Positions 10,611 through 19,923 of a stretch of DNA of 64,000 nucleotides are shown here, in pieces; the stretch's first letter is position 1, and each line of letters starts with the position of its first letter. The stretch covers positions 448,001-512,000 of the forward strand of contig OZ242376.1 in the NCBI GenBank assembly GCA_965209085.1, read 5' to 3'. A program made the position numbers and the translations under genes. Under the pieces are notes generated by a model, which was not told the origin of the DNA, made no database searches, and was given only the letters and a program-made list of their open reading frames with translations. The stretch is from Nitrosopumilaceae archaeon (GTDB lineage Archaea; Thermoproteota; Nitrososphaeria; Nitrososphaerales; Nitrosopumilaceae).

Positions 10611-11887
10611 GGCCGGAGCCTGTCCGGATCCCTTGGGTATAGCACACTCTCGCGTACATTATCCGTTCCTGTCAGCACCGATACAAATCTGTCAAGTCCA
10701 AGCCCCCATCCTGAATGTGGCGGCATGCCCCACTCAAATGTCTCAAGATGATCCGCGAAATTTTCCGGATTCAAACCCTGCTCTATCAGACGCTCTTTGA
10801 TTGCCTCAGGATCATGCAGCCGCGTTCCCCCAGATGAGAGCTCCAAATGCCCAAACTGCAAATCAAAAGAGCGCGAGAGCTCCCCCTCTTCGTCTTTTTC
10901 GCGTATGTAGAAAGGTTTTAGCTTTAGCGGCCAGTCTGTTAGAAAATAAAATCCCGGATGGATTTTACCGGCGGTGCGAAGATGCGCATCCTGCAAATCA
11001 TCTCCGAATTTTAAATCCTCCCCCTCTGACTGTAACTCCTCTACCAGCTGCGAGTATGTCACCTTTTCAAATGGCCCCTTTGGAGGCGTAATCTGCATAC
11101 CTAGCGCCTTTTGTTCAACGGTACAGTTTTCTGACACGTACGAATACGCACAAAGTACAATTTTTTCAAGCACGTCCATTACATCCGTATAATCCATGAA
11201 TGCCGCTTCAATATCTACAGAGGTAAATTCTGTCAGGTGCCTTCCCGTGTGGGAGTTTTCTGCGCGGTAAAAATTTGCAATCTCATATACGCGCTCAAGC
11301 CCGAGCGTCATCTGCTCCTTGTACAGCTGCGGACTTTGTGCCAGGTATGCTGTCTCTCCAAAGTATTCAAGCGAAAACAGGTTTGCTCCACCCTCGCTTG
11401 CACTCGCAATAATTTTTGGAGTGGTTATCTCTAAAAATCCCTCCTTTTCAATCGTATCCCGTATGGAATGCAGCGCATGGTGTCTAATTTTGAATATGGC
11501 CGCAGTCTTTTGATTTCTCATGTCAAGTGCCCTAGCATTAAGCCTGTTGTCTATGCCGCTTTCTTGCCGTCCAAGCGGGTCAACTGGCAGTTTGCGCGAT
11601 GCTTGCGCCAAAACGGTTATCTTTTTTGCCACCACCTCGTAATCATAATCGCGCGCCTTTGTCTCCTGTACCGTACCTGTTACTGCCAGCACGCTCTGCC
11701 GTGTCAGATCTTCCGGATACATCTGCCCGCGCACGACAATCTGTGTAATGCCCGTGCGGTCCCGGAGGGTCAGAAACGAGATTTTTGCCATCTTTCGTAT
11801 ATCCTCAACCCAGCCGCCAAGTCTTACATCAGATCCTACCTTGTCTTTACCAATATCTGCAATATCATCTGACTTGCCAAATCCCAT
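10607..11887 (-). CDS. aspS: aspartate--tRNA ligase (archaeal, likely non-discriminating)
   Basis: OB-fold FLTLRDRTG, YLAQSPQLYKE, YRAENSHTGRHLTEF, PPHSGWGLGLDR; start ATG 11887. Confidence 0.95.
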   Translation of the reverse strand: MGFGKSDDIADIGKDKVGSDVRLGGWVEDIRKMAKISFLTLRDRTGITQIVVRGQMYPEDLTRQSVLAVTGTVQETKARDYDYEVVAKKITVLAQASRKLPVDPLGRQESGIDNRLNARALDMRNQKTAAIFKIRHHALHSIRDTIEKEGFLEITTPKIIASASEGGANLFSLEYFGETAYLAQSPQLYKEQMTLGLERVYEIANFYRAENSHTGRHLTEFTSVDIEAAFMDYTDVMDVLEKIVLCAYSYVSENCTVEQKALGMQITPPKGPFEKVTYSQLVEELQSEGEDLKFGDDLQDAHLRTAGKIHPGFYFLTDWPLKLKPFYIREKDEEGELSRSFDLQFGHLELSSGGTRLHDPEAIKERLIEQGLNPENFADHLETFEWGMPPHSGWGLGLDRFVSVLTGTDNVRESVLYPRDPDRLRP

Positions 11888-11968
11888 AATATCGGTGGGT
11901 AAAATTCGTTTTATTGAATATTTGCATTGTAGGCAAAACAAAAATTGCCCCATACAGCAGCATCTCAC

Positions 11969-12907
11969 ATGGGTCTTGAGGTAAAGGGACTCTCTGTAGA
12001 GTATGAGGCAGAGGGGCGGAAAATTTACGCGCTTGAAAACGTCACATTTGAGATAAAGGACGGCGAATCAGTCGGCATTGCCGGTGAGAGCGCGTGCGGC
12101 AAAAGCACGCTTGGCAGGGCAGTACTGCGCTCCTTGGACGGGGGCAAGGCAACCTCCGGTTACATCTACGTGGACGGGCAGCAGATTCTTCTCATGCCCG
12201 AGGATGAGTTTGACTCTAAATACCGCTGGAAGATAATCTCAATGGTATTTCAGGCAGCGTCAAGCTCACTTGATCCGGTATTTTCAATAAAAAAACAATT
12301 CCATCAGATACTGCAGCGTCACAGCTTTAAAGGGAACCGCGATGAGATATCTGCTGCATCCTTAAAGTCAGTCGGCCTTGATGCAAACGTGCTTGAAAAA
12401 TTCCCGCACGAGCTGAGCGGGGGAATGAAACAGCGCGTGGCAGTGGCGATGGCCACGATACTTTGTCCAAAACTGATAATTGCAGACGAGCCGACCACCG
12501 CACTTGATGTCATACTGCAGGCGCAGATTGTAAACCTTTTCAAAGATCTTAAAAAACGCGGCGTCTCCATACTGTTCATCACACACGATCTGTGCGTACT
12601 CTCTGAAATTGCCGACAAGATTGGAATAATGTACGCCGGAGAAATGGTGGAGTTTGGAAATTTGCGCGACGTATACGAGAACCCTTTGCATCCGTACACT
12701 GCAGGACTTTTAAAATCAGTACCACGGCTTGATGGAAAAAAACCCGAATTCATACCGGGAGTGCCGCCGGATCTTTCAAACCCTCCGAAAGGATGCAGGT
12801 TTGCCAGCAGGTGTCCAAAAGTAATGGAAAAATGTTCAACAGCTTCGCCGGATTTTCACACAAAATCCGGATTTGTAAAATGCTGGCTGTATGATCCAAA
12901 AAAATAG
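11969..12907 (+). CDS. oligo/dipeptide ABC transporter ATP-binding protein (OppD/DppD-like)
   Basis: GESACGKST, LSGGMKQR, IADEPTTALD, HPYT, CRFASRC. Confidence 0.9.
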   Translation: MGLEVKGLSVEYEAEGRKIYALENVTFEIKDGESVGIAGESACGKSTLGRAVLRSLDGGKATSGYIYVDGQQILLMPEDEFDSKYRWKIISMVFQAASSSLDPVFSIKKQFHQILQRHSFKGNRDEISAASLKSVGLDANVLEKFPHELSGGMKQRVAVAMATILCPKLIIADEPTTALDVILQAQIVNLFKDLKKRGVSILFITHDLCVLSEIADKIGIMYAGEMVEFGNLRDVYENPLHPYTAGLLKSVPRLDGKKPEFIPGVPPDLSNPPKGCRFASRCPKVMEKCSTASPDFHTKSGFVKCWLYDPKK

Positions 12908-12908
12908 T

Positions 12909-13283
12909 CTATGAATGTTTTCTGACCAGACGCGTGCACGTATCTATGATTCGTAAAACTTCGGTGCGGACAACTTTTCTGTCAATTGAAACCCATATGG
13001 TAATTTTTTTTATGGTAAATGCAATCGTCTGCACTTTTTCACGCTCCTCCCAGACAAATTCAACATTGCCCAGACTTTTGTCAAAAAATGATTCCATGTC
13101 ATTTTTGAGGGCAACCTGGGAAAAATGATATTTTGTACTGTTTTCATCCATCATGGGCTTTAGATTCTGTCTTCTTTTGTACGCCAAAAGCTCGCCCTTT
13201 GATCCTATTGCCCCTGCAAACCTGACATGCGGACTAGATCTTGTTATAATGTCCAGTATCTCCCCGTACTTTCTTTGCGTCAT
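12909..13283 (-). CDS. hypothetical protein (roadblock-like thaumarchaeal family)
   Basis: VRFAGAI...LG.VEF...EREKV pattern of small thaumarchaeal proteins; start ATG 13283 preferred. Confidence 0.6.
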   Translation of the reverse strand: MTQRKYGEILDIITRSSPHVRFAGAIGSKGELLAYKRRQNLKPMMDENSTKYHFSQVALKNDMESFFDKSLGNVEFVWEEREKVQTIAFTIKKITIWVSIDRKVVRTEVLRIIDTCTRLVRKHS

Positions 13284-13378
13284 CAAATATTCGTATATTT
13301 GGTGGTTTTTAACAATTTCCAAAAATCCCCCTCGTGCATCTCTTATGATTAAATAGTTCGTGAGTAGATGCACCATTA

Positions 13379-14011
13379 ATGGACATTACGGATCTGCTCC
13401 CGTTCTCCCCCCAGGTAGGATACGTGGGTCTTGCATTGGTCAGTTTTTTTCTCTCACTCATCCCGTTTGTACCCCTGCCCTCTTTTGCATTTCTTGCAAC
13501 AATGTCTGCCGGCGATACGTACAATCTGCACCTGCTGGCCGTAATATCTGCTGTATTTGCCGCAACTGCAAAACTGTTCATCTTTTACATCGGGTATAGC
13601 GGCAGGCGCATTATGAAAAAATCAACGGTCAAAAGAATGCGTCCAATTGAGAGGGTGGTGAAAAAATACGGGGCAGCAGCTGCATTTATCGCAGCTGCAA
13701 CTCCGATACCTGATGATCTGATATACATCCCACTGGGTCTTGCGCGTTACAATCCTTTGCGGTTCTTTCTTTACACGCTTGCCGGAAAATTTGTAATTTC
13801 ATATGTGACGATAATAGCTGCACACCATCTTGGTCCGTCCGTTTTGGGCGGACTCACCGCGCGCATTGACAATTCCACGGATGTGTACATTGCAGTCGGA
13901 TTTCTGGTGGTAATACTTGGAATCATAGTGGCACTGATGATTTTTATCGACTGGACAAAAATCATCGGGCGGTTTGCGCCCTGGGCGCTCGAGGATGAAG
14001 AAGACAAGTAA
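13379..14011 (+). CDS. DedA/VTT (SNARE-associated) membrane protein
   Basis: several TM helices, IPFVPLP, AATPIPDDLIYIPLGL, F...LAGK. Confidence 0.8.
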   Translation: MDITDLLPFSPQVGYVGLALVSFFLSLIPFVPLPSFAFLATMSAGDTYNLHLLAVISAVFAATAKLFIFYIGYSGRRIMKKSTVKRMRPIERVVKKYGAAAAFIAAATPIPDDLIYIPLGLARYNPLRFFLYTLAGKFVISYVTIIAAHHLGPSVLGGLTARIDNSTDVYIAVGFLVVILGIIVALMIFIDWTKIIGRFAPWALEDEEDK

Positions 14012-15149
14012 AATTCCACATTTTTGTATTTCCGCAGCTTATACCTATGCGCGCTGATGATTTTATACCGTAAACTTTGACTCCGTTTGCAACATAGAGC
14101 GAATCTGATTTTGTAAGATCCTCGCCGTACTGGGATTTTGTAATCCTCATTGCCTGTGCAATCTTTGCCGGTCCATCAGCTATGCCACGAAGGGGTGATT
14201 TTGCGCCTTTGCGGGATGCGTTTCTGTTGCGCTCCATGGTTTTTACGCCTTCAAGCGGCTCAATAGCGCGCACTAGTACGGCACCAGCTTTGGACGTCTT
14301 GGATTTTGCCACAATGTTAAAGCAGTAATGCATGCCGTACGTAAAATACACGTACGCCATGCCGCATTCCCCGAACATTGCCCCATTCCTTGCAGTCTCC
14401 CCGCCGTACGCGTGGCTTGCCTCATCGTCTGCATGCCTGTACGCTTCAGTTTCAGTTATAATTCCGGACATGACAGTATTCCCAACGCGCCTGACAAGTT
14501 TCTTCCCAAGCAGTCCTTTTGCAACCCTGACAGTGTCCCTGCGGTAAAACAATCTTGAAAGTGGTGCCGAATGCGTAATCTTTGCAATCTCTGCAATGTC
14601 TTTTTTTAATACCGGCCAAAGTTTGCGGTTGTATATTACTGCCGCCGGATGCACCGTTGGATAATATCTTACGCCATCCTGTATCGTAATTTTCCCACGA
14701 TTTTCAGTAATACCGTTTTTTCCAAGAACTGACTGCAGCGCGGTGTTTCCCATCACGCATACGGTATCCGGTTTCAGGGCTGCAATTTCTTCTTTCAGGT
14801 ATGCTGCGCACGCTGCCCGCTCGTCATCTTTTGGCACCCTGTTTTTTGGCGGCCTGCATTTTACCACGTTTGTAATGTAAACTGAATCCCTCAAGAGTCC
14901 GGCAAACTTTAGAGCATCATCCAGTTTTTTTCCAGCAGAACCGGCAAACGGTCTGCCGCGCAAATCCTCGCTTCTCCCCGGAGCCTCGCCGATAAACATT
15001 ATCCTCGCATGCGCACTTCCATCTCCTGGAACTGACATTTTTCTTGTTTTGCATAAAGGGCATTTTGTGCAGGATCTTACCTTTTTTGCTATATCCTCAA
15101 GTGTGCCGTATTTTGAGCTCCCCACACATGTGCATTTTATACGCGACAA
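13962..15149 (-). CDS. fusion: family-4 uracil-DNA glycosylase + 3-methyladenine DNA glycosylase (AAG/MPG)
   Basis: N-half: CTKCPLC, FIGEAPG, TNVVKCRPP, HPAA; C-half: LLGK, IITETEAY, YVYFTYGMHYCFN, AVLVRAIEP, GPAK, RIGI; one uninterrupted frame. Confidence 0.85.
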   Translation of the reverse strand: MSRIKCTCVGSSKYGTLEDIAKKVRSCTKCPLCKTRKMSVPGDGSAHARIMFIGEAPGRSEDLRGRPFAGSAGKKLDDALKFAGLLRDSVYITNVVKCRPPKNRVPKDDERAACAAYLKEEIAALKPDTVCVMGNTALQSVLGKNGITENRGKITIQDGVRYYPTVHPAAVIYNRKLWPVLKKDIAEIAKITHSAPLSRLFYRRDTVRVAKGLLGKKLVRRVGNTVMSGIITETEAYRHADDEASHAYGGETARNGAMFGECGMAYVYFTYGMHYCFNIVAKSKTSKAGAVLVRAIEPLEGVKTMERNRNASRKGAKSPLRGIADGPAKIAQAMRITKSQYGEDLTKSDSLYVANGVKVYGIKSSARIGISCGNTKMWNFTCLLHPRAPRAQTAR

Positions 15150-15163
15150 ATATCTCTTGCATT

Positions 15164-15325
15164 CTAGCTGCTGTCTGAGAGGGCGGGCATTGTAAAGAAA
15201 AACTCGTCCTCAAAACCATAGTCTGCGCGTCCGCTGCGCCGCAAATATGTGAAATATTTCTCAGCATTCGGGTAAAACTGCCCATTATCGCTCATACTGT
15301 AACTTGCAATTGGGGGTTTTTTCAT
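15164..15325 (-). CDS. small hypothetical protein (53 aa)
   Basis: ATG-started MKKPPIASYS...FEDEFFFTMPALSDSS fills the gap between the UDG-AAG gene and the PIN-ATPase. Confidence 0.45.
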   Translation of the reverse strand: MKKPPIASYSMSDNGQFYPNAEKYFTYLRRSGRADYGFEDEFFFTMPALSDSS

Positions 15326-15421
15326 ACATGGTAAGCGATTATAGTCAAAGCGGGTTAATTTTATCAACTGAACCCTTGGGGATGCGTTAAAATCATAAGG
15401 GACTCTAATACGGTATAATTC

Positions 15422-17260
15422 ATGGGCGATATGGTGTTTGATACAAGCGCAGTGATAAACGGACAAATGATAAAACTTGCAAAATCTGGAGCAATAAAGG
15501 ACTCTAATGTGATAATCCTTACGGCAGTAATGGATGAGCTTGTATCGCAGGCGTCTTTGAAAAAAGATTCCGGCTCGGAGGGACTGCGGCAGATAAGTCT
15601 GCTGCGCGAGGGCAAAGACCGGTTTTGTGCCAAGATTATCTTTGAGGGCCGCCATCCAAGCGCTGAGGAGATAAGCCTTGCAAGACGGGGCCGGATGGAT
15701 GCGCTAATCCGGGACGAGGCAGCAGAACGCGGAGCAGAATTGTGCACCTCTGATGTATTGCAATACGAGGCTGCAAAGGCGCAGGGTGCTTCAACAAGGC
15801 TATTGCTTGAAAAATCCGACGGCGTGATGAATTTTCTAAAATATTTTGATGCAGATACGATGAGCATCCATCTAAAAGAGGGAATGATACCGCTTGCAAA
15901 AAGAGGCAAACCCGGGGATTTTCAGCTTCTCAAAGCAGGGGATAAAATCCTGGACAAAAAAGATATAATTGAGACATTCTCGCAGATACTCTCAAGTCCT
16001 GAAGTTGCCGAATCCGGAACGGAGATATCAAAGCGCGGCGCCACCGTGGTGCAGTATCTGGATTACCGCGTGGCCTTTACGCGCCCGCCGCTCTCTGAAA
16101 AATGCGAGCTGACAATTGTACACCCGACGATAACAATGAAACTTGAAGATTACCACCTCACTGAAAAACTTTTGAATCGGTTATCTGACTCTGCTGAAGG
16201 CGTGGTGGTGGCCGGCTCTCCGGGTTCGGGAAAAAGCACGTTTGCCTCAGCACTGGCAAACTTTTACAACGCAAAAAACCGCATCGTTAAAACATTTGAA
16301 TCCCCAAGGGATCTAAAAGTGGATGGCGGAGTTACCCAGTATGCAAAACTTGACGGCAGCTTTGAGAATACGGCGGACATTTTACTGCTGGTTCGGCCCG
16401 ATTATACAATATTTGACGAGGTTCGGCGGTATGATGATTTTAAAATCTTCTCGGATCTGCGTCTGGCAGGCGTAGGAATGGTGGGTGTCGTCCATGCAAG
16501 CACGCCCATTGACTCTGTACAGCGGTTTGTGGGAAAGATTGAGCTTGGAATAATACCGCACGTAATTGACACTGTCGTATTTGTTAAAGACGGCCAAATT
16601 CAAAACGTCTATTCACTCTCCCTTACAGTAAAGGTGCCTTCGGGAATGACAGAGCAGGACCTGGCCCGCCCCGTAGTGCAGATATCTGACTTTGAGAGCG
16701 GCTCCCCCCGCTATGAAATTTACACGTTTGGCGAGGAAAACGTCGTCATGCCAGTATCTGAGAGTGCGCAAACTGGCACCGCAGTGGACCGGCTTGCAGA
16801 AAAAGCGGTACTTGATGCGATCACGCGGTACGACCCCACAGCTAGCGTTTCAATAGTATCCCCCGGCCGCGCGCAGGTTCGCGTCTCTGCACAACACATG
16901 GCGCGCATCATCGGCCGGTCCGGATCAAATGTCATGCATCTTGAGCGCACGCTTGGAATTAAACTGGACATACAAAAACACGGAAACTCTGGAAACGGAT
17001 ACGATACGCCGTATGATGATAAGGATTTTGATTCCGGCACCGGAGAGGTGCCGTTTTCCTATGATGAGATTCGCAATTCCATTCTGATCAAAGTGGATCC
17101 TGAGCATGCCGGAGGGCAGGCTGACATTTACGTAAACGGTGAAATCATCGCCACCTCGCGCGTTGGCCCAAAGGGCAATGTAAAATTTTCAAAAAAAGGC
17201 CAAGCATCAAGGAAAATTGCAAACGCATCTGATCTTTCGGTACAAATCAGAGATCGTTAA
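15422..17260 (+). CDS. PIN-domain ATPase with KH domain (PINA family)
   Basis: PIN (VFDTSAVI, DALIRD, TSD), Walker A GSPGSGKST, DYTIFDEVR, KH IIGRSG. Confidence 0.9.
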   Translation: MGDMVFDTSAVINGQMIKLAKSGAIKDSNVIILTAVMDELVSQASLKKDSGSEGLRQISLLREGKDRFCAKIIFEGRHPSAEEISLARRGRMDALIRDEAAERGAELCTSDVLQYEAAKAQGASTRLLLEKSDGVMNFLKYFDADTMSIHLKEGMIPLAKRGKPGDFQLLKAGDKILDKKDIIETFSQILSSPEVAESGTEISKRGATVVQYLDYRVAFTRPPLSEKCELTIVHPTITMKLEDYHLTEKLLNRLSDSAEGVVVAGSPGSGKSTFASALANFYNAKNRIVKTFESPRDLKVDGGVTQYAKLDGSFENTADILLLVRPDYTIFDEVRRYDDFKIFSDLRLAGVGMVGVVHASTPIDSVQRFVGKIELGIIPHVIDTVVFVKDGQIQNVYSLSLTVKVPSGMTEQDLARPVVQISDFESGSPRYEIYTFGEENVVMPVSESAQTGTAVDRLAEKAVLDAITRYDPTASVSIVSPGRAQVRVSAQHMARIIGRSGSNVMHLERTLGIKLDIQKHGNSGNGYDTPYDDKDFDSGTGEVPFSYDEIRNSILIKVDPEHAGGQADIYVNGEIIATSRVGPKGNVKFSKKGQASRKIANASDLSVQIRDR

Positions 17261-17711
17261 AACGCTTCAACAGTCTTGGGTCAGAGCGCACAAACGCTAA
17301 AAACTTGCGCAGACGTCTTATCGTTTTGGGATTAAGATGGTGCTCTATGCCCTCTGCATCCTGGTTTGCCACTGCACTCTCCACCCCGAGTATCTCAAAA
17401 AACTCCAACAGTATGCTGTGTTTTTGTCTGACAGCGCGCGCCAGATTTGCCCCTTTTTTTGTCAGGTTTATTCCACGATATCTCTCATATCTGAGATATT
17501 TTCCATCATCAAGCCTGTGCAGCATTTTTGTAACACTTGGGGCGCTCACGTCCATGTATCTTGATATATCCAAGGTGGTGGCATACCCCTTTAGGTCCAC
17601 CAGTTCTGCAATCACTTCAAGATAATCCTCCATGCGGATGCTAGATGTGCCGTGCGCTGATCTGTGTGCGGCCTTTATTGATTCAAGTCTCTCCTCTGAG
17701 CTTTTATCCAT
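17247..17711 (-). CDS. DtxR/MntR family metal-dependent transcriptional regulator
   Basis: MEDYLEVI, VSAPSVTKML, DAEGIEHHL. Confidence 0.9.
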   Translation of the reverse strand: MDKSSEERLESIKAAHRSAHGTSSIRMEDYLEVIAELVDLKGYATTLDISRYMDVSAPSVTKMLHRLDDGKYLRYERYRGINLTKKGANLARAVRQKHSILLEFFEILGVESAVANQDAEGIEHHLNPKTIRRLRKFLAFVRSDPRLLKRFNDL

Positions 17712-17814
17712 CGTATATATGCGCACACTAGGGTCGTATAACTTTTGTATCCTTGAATGTTGTCAAAATTAACACGCAGGTAAACTGCATTGATCGGCGG
17801 GGATTAACCGTATT

Positions 17815-18177
17815 TTGTGCCAAAAACATACGTTGAGTGAAAATATGGCAAAAACACTGGCAATGATAAAGGCGCATTCAGCCTCTGTCAAGCGGCGGGC
17901 CAGCATGTACGGCGAAATTGCCAATGTGACAGATGCCAAAGTCTCTGAGATATCCTCGCTAAACCGCTCGCCAAAGACTGGAAAACATATGCAGAAAATC
18001 GGCTTTATCATGATGTGGATACCTGAACCCACGGGTGTTACGTGCGCAGTTGGAGCTCCAATGATTTTGGCCGGACGGTATCTTGACAAGAGAAGCGGCG
18101 GCTCCATATCTGATGTAACAGACGGTGCAAAGAGCGCACTTGATGGGGTAACTAGCGTGCACAATTCTATGATTTAG
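17815..18177 (+). CDS. hypothetical protein
   Basis: ORF with hydrophobic IPEPTGVTCAVGAPMILAG segment; true start may be ATG 17845. Confidence 0.6.
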   Translation: MCQKHTLSENMAKTLAMIKAHSASVKRRASMYGEIANVTDAKVSEISSLNRSPKTGKHMQKIGFIMMWIPEPTGVTCAVGAPMILAGRYLDKRSGGSISDVTDGAKSALDGVTSVHNSMI

Positions 18178-18245
18178 ATTGGCAAATTTTGCACGCCTAA
18201 AATTACTACCCTTGGTTTTTAAATGACGCAGGATGTTAAAACCGC

Positions 18246-19127
18246 ATGGCCACAAGGGCGCAGGCGTTAATTCCAATCGCAATAGCTGCGGCAATAGTGG
18301 GCATAGTGGGACTAGCCACGCTTCCAAATGATGCAAAACTTGAATCGGTTAATTTTCCGCGCGGCATTATATCCCTTGACGGGAAGCTGCTGGACGTGCA
18401 GATTGCAGACGATGGTCCCAGGCGCCTGCGGGGTCTGATGTTTCAGGAACAGTTGGAATACAACGAGGGTATGATCCTTGAATTTGAAAAAGAAGGCGTG
18501 TATCCGCAGTGGATGCTAAACCTCCAGTTTCCTTTGGATATTCTCTGGTTTGATTCTGCGGGGAAAATTGTGCACATTGAAGAAAATATACCCCCGTGCA
18601 AAACTGCACTTGAAACACGCGCGTGCACTGTGACAAATCCTGAGAACACACCGGCGATGTACATTCTAGAGCTGAGTGCCGGATATGTGCAAATGTTTAA
18701 CGTAACTATAAACTCTGTACTAAATGCTGACATTGAGCAAATCAATTTTCCGCGCGGCACCATATCCCTTGACGGGAAATTCCTAGAGGTGCAGATTGCA
18801 GACGATAATGAGCGGCGCACGCGCGGCCTGATGTTTCAGGAGCAGCTAGGATATGATGAGGGGATGATCTTTGATTTTGAAAGAGACGGCGTGTACTCTC
18901 TTTGGATGCCAAACATGCAGTTTCCCTTGGATATTCTCTGGTTTGATTCTGAGGGGCACGTGGTGCACATTGAGGAGAACGTACCCCCGTGCAATACTGC
19001 AAAGATGCCCTGCCCTACGGTGAAAAATAGCGGCACTCTGGCATTTTACGTCTTGGAGCTGGCAGCCGGATATGTGCAAATGTTTGATATAACTGCCGAC
19101 TCTGTGTTGGAGATTATATCCATATGA
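18246..19127 (+). CDS. DUF192 family protein with two tandem domains
   Basis: signal/anchor then twice VQIADD..RGLMFQ..GM..F..WM.N.QFPLDI..LEL.AG; 393-bp internal duplication (18351 vs 18744). Confidence 0.88.
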   Translation: MATRAQALIPIAIAAAIVGIVGLATLPNDAKLESVNFPRGIISLDGKLLDVQIADDGPRRLRGLMFQEQLEYNEGMILEFEKEGVYPQWMLNLQFPLDILWFDSAGKIVHIEENIPPCKTALETRACTVTNPENTPAMYILELSAGYVQMFNVTINSVLNADIEQINFPRGTISLDGKFLEVQIADDNERRTRGLMFQEQLGYDEGMIFDFERDGVYSLWMPNMQFPLDILWFDSEGHVVHIEENVPPCNTAKMPCPTVKNSGTLAFYVLELAAGYVQMFDITADSVLEIISI

Positions 19128-19167
19128 GCATAATACATGGCGTATCAAAACGCGGCGTCCTCTTATC

Positions 19168-19923
19168 ATGATGGATATGCTGTGGCTTTTGCCGCTGGGA
19201 TTTGTAGCCGGAACTGTCGGCTCGATGGTGGGCCTTGGAGGGGGAATCATAATGGTTCCTGCCCTGACTCTGGCCGGATATTCGCCTACACTGGCAGTTA
19301 CTGTAAGCCTTTATGCAATATTTAGCAATGCTGCTGCATCCACAATACTGTATGCCCGGCGGGGTCTTGTCGCCTTTAAAACCGGCATATTCATGGCAGC
19401 TGTTGCAATTCCGGGAACCGCACTGGGTGCTGTTCTCTCATCACGGGTGGATAGGGACGAGTTTCAGATTCTCTTTGGAGTTTTAATGATTGCAGTTGCA
19501 ATATACACTGCGGTAAGACAAAACATCAGCGGCGGGGCAAAAGTTGGTACCGTATCTGCTGCAATTGCAGCACTAGCTAGCCTTGGAGCCGGAATGGTGT
19601 CCAGCTTTTTTGGCATAGGGGGGGGAATCATATTTGTTCCTGTCCTAGTAATGGTGCTTGGAATGGGAATGGCGCGCGCCGCACCCACCTCGCAGTTTGC
19701 ACTCTTGTTCATATCTTTTGCCGGAATGATATCGCATACTGCACTTGGACACGCAGGATTGTACGAGGCGGCCCTGCTCTCTGCTGGCGCATTTGCAGGA
19801 GGATTGCTTGGATCAAAGCTTGCATCAAGGGTGCGGCAGAAAAATCTGCGGATAATATTGTCACTGCTTGTGGCAGCTGCTGCAATCCACTTGTTCATCG
19901 ATGCATTGTCAGGATGGTTTTAA
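19168..19923 (+). CDS. TauE/SafE family sulfite exporter
   Basis: two repeats of G.GGGII.VP, about 8 TM helices. Confidence 0.88.
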   Translation: MMDMLWLLPLGFVAGTVGSMVGLGGGIIMVPALTLAGYSPTLAVTVSLYAIFSNAAASTILYARRGLVAFKTGIFMAAVAIPGTALGAVLSSRVDRDEFQILFGVLMIAVAIYTAVRQNISGGAKVGTVSAAIAALASLGAGMVSSFFGIGGGIIFVPVLVMVLGMGMARAAPTSQFALLFISFAGMISHTALGHAGLYEAALLSAGAFAGGLLGSKLASRVRQKNLRIILSLLVAAAAIHLFIDALSGWF

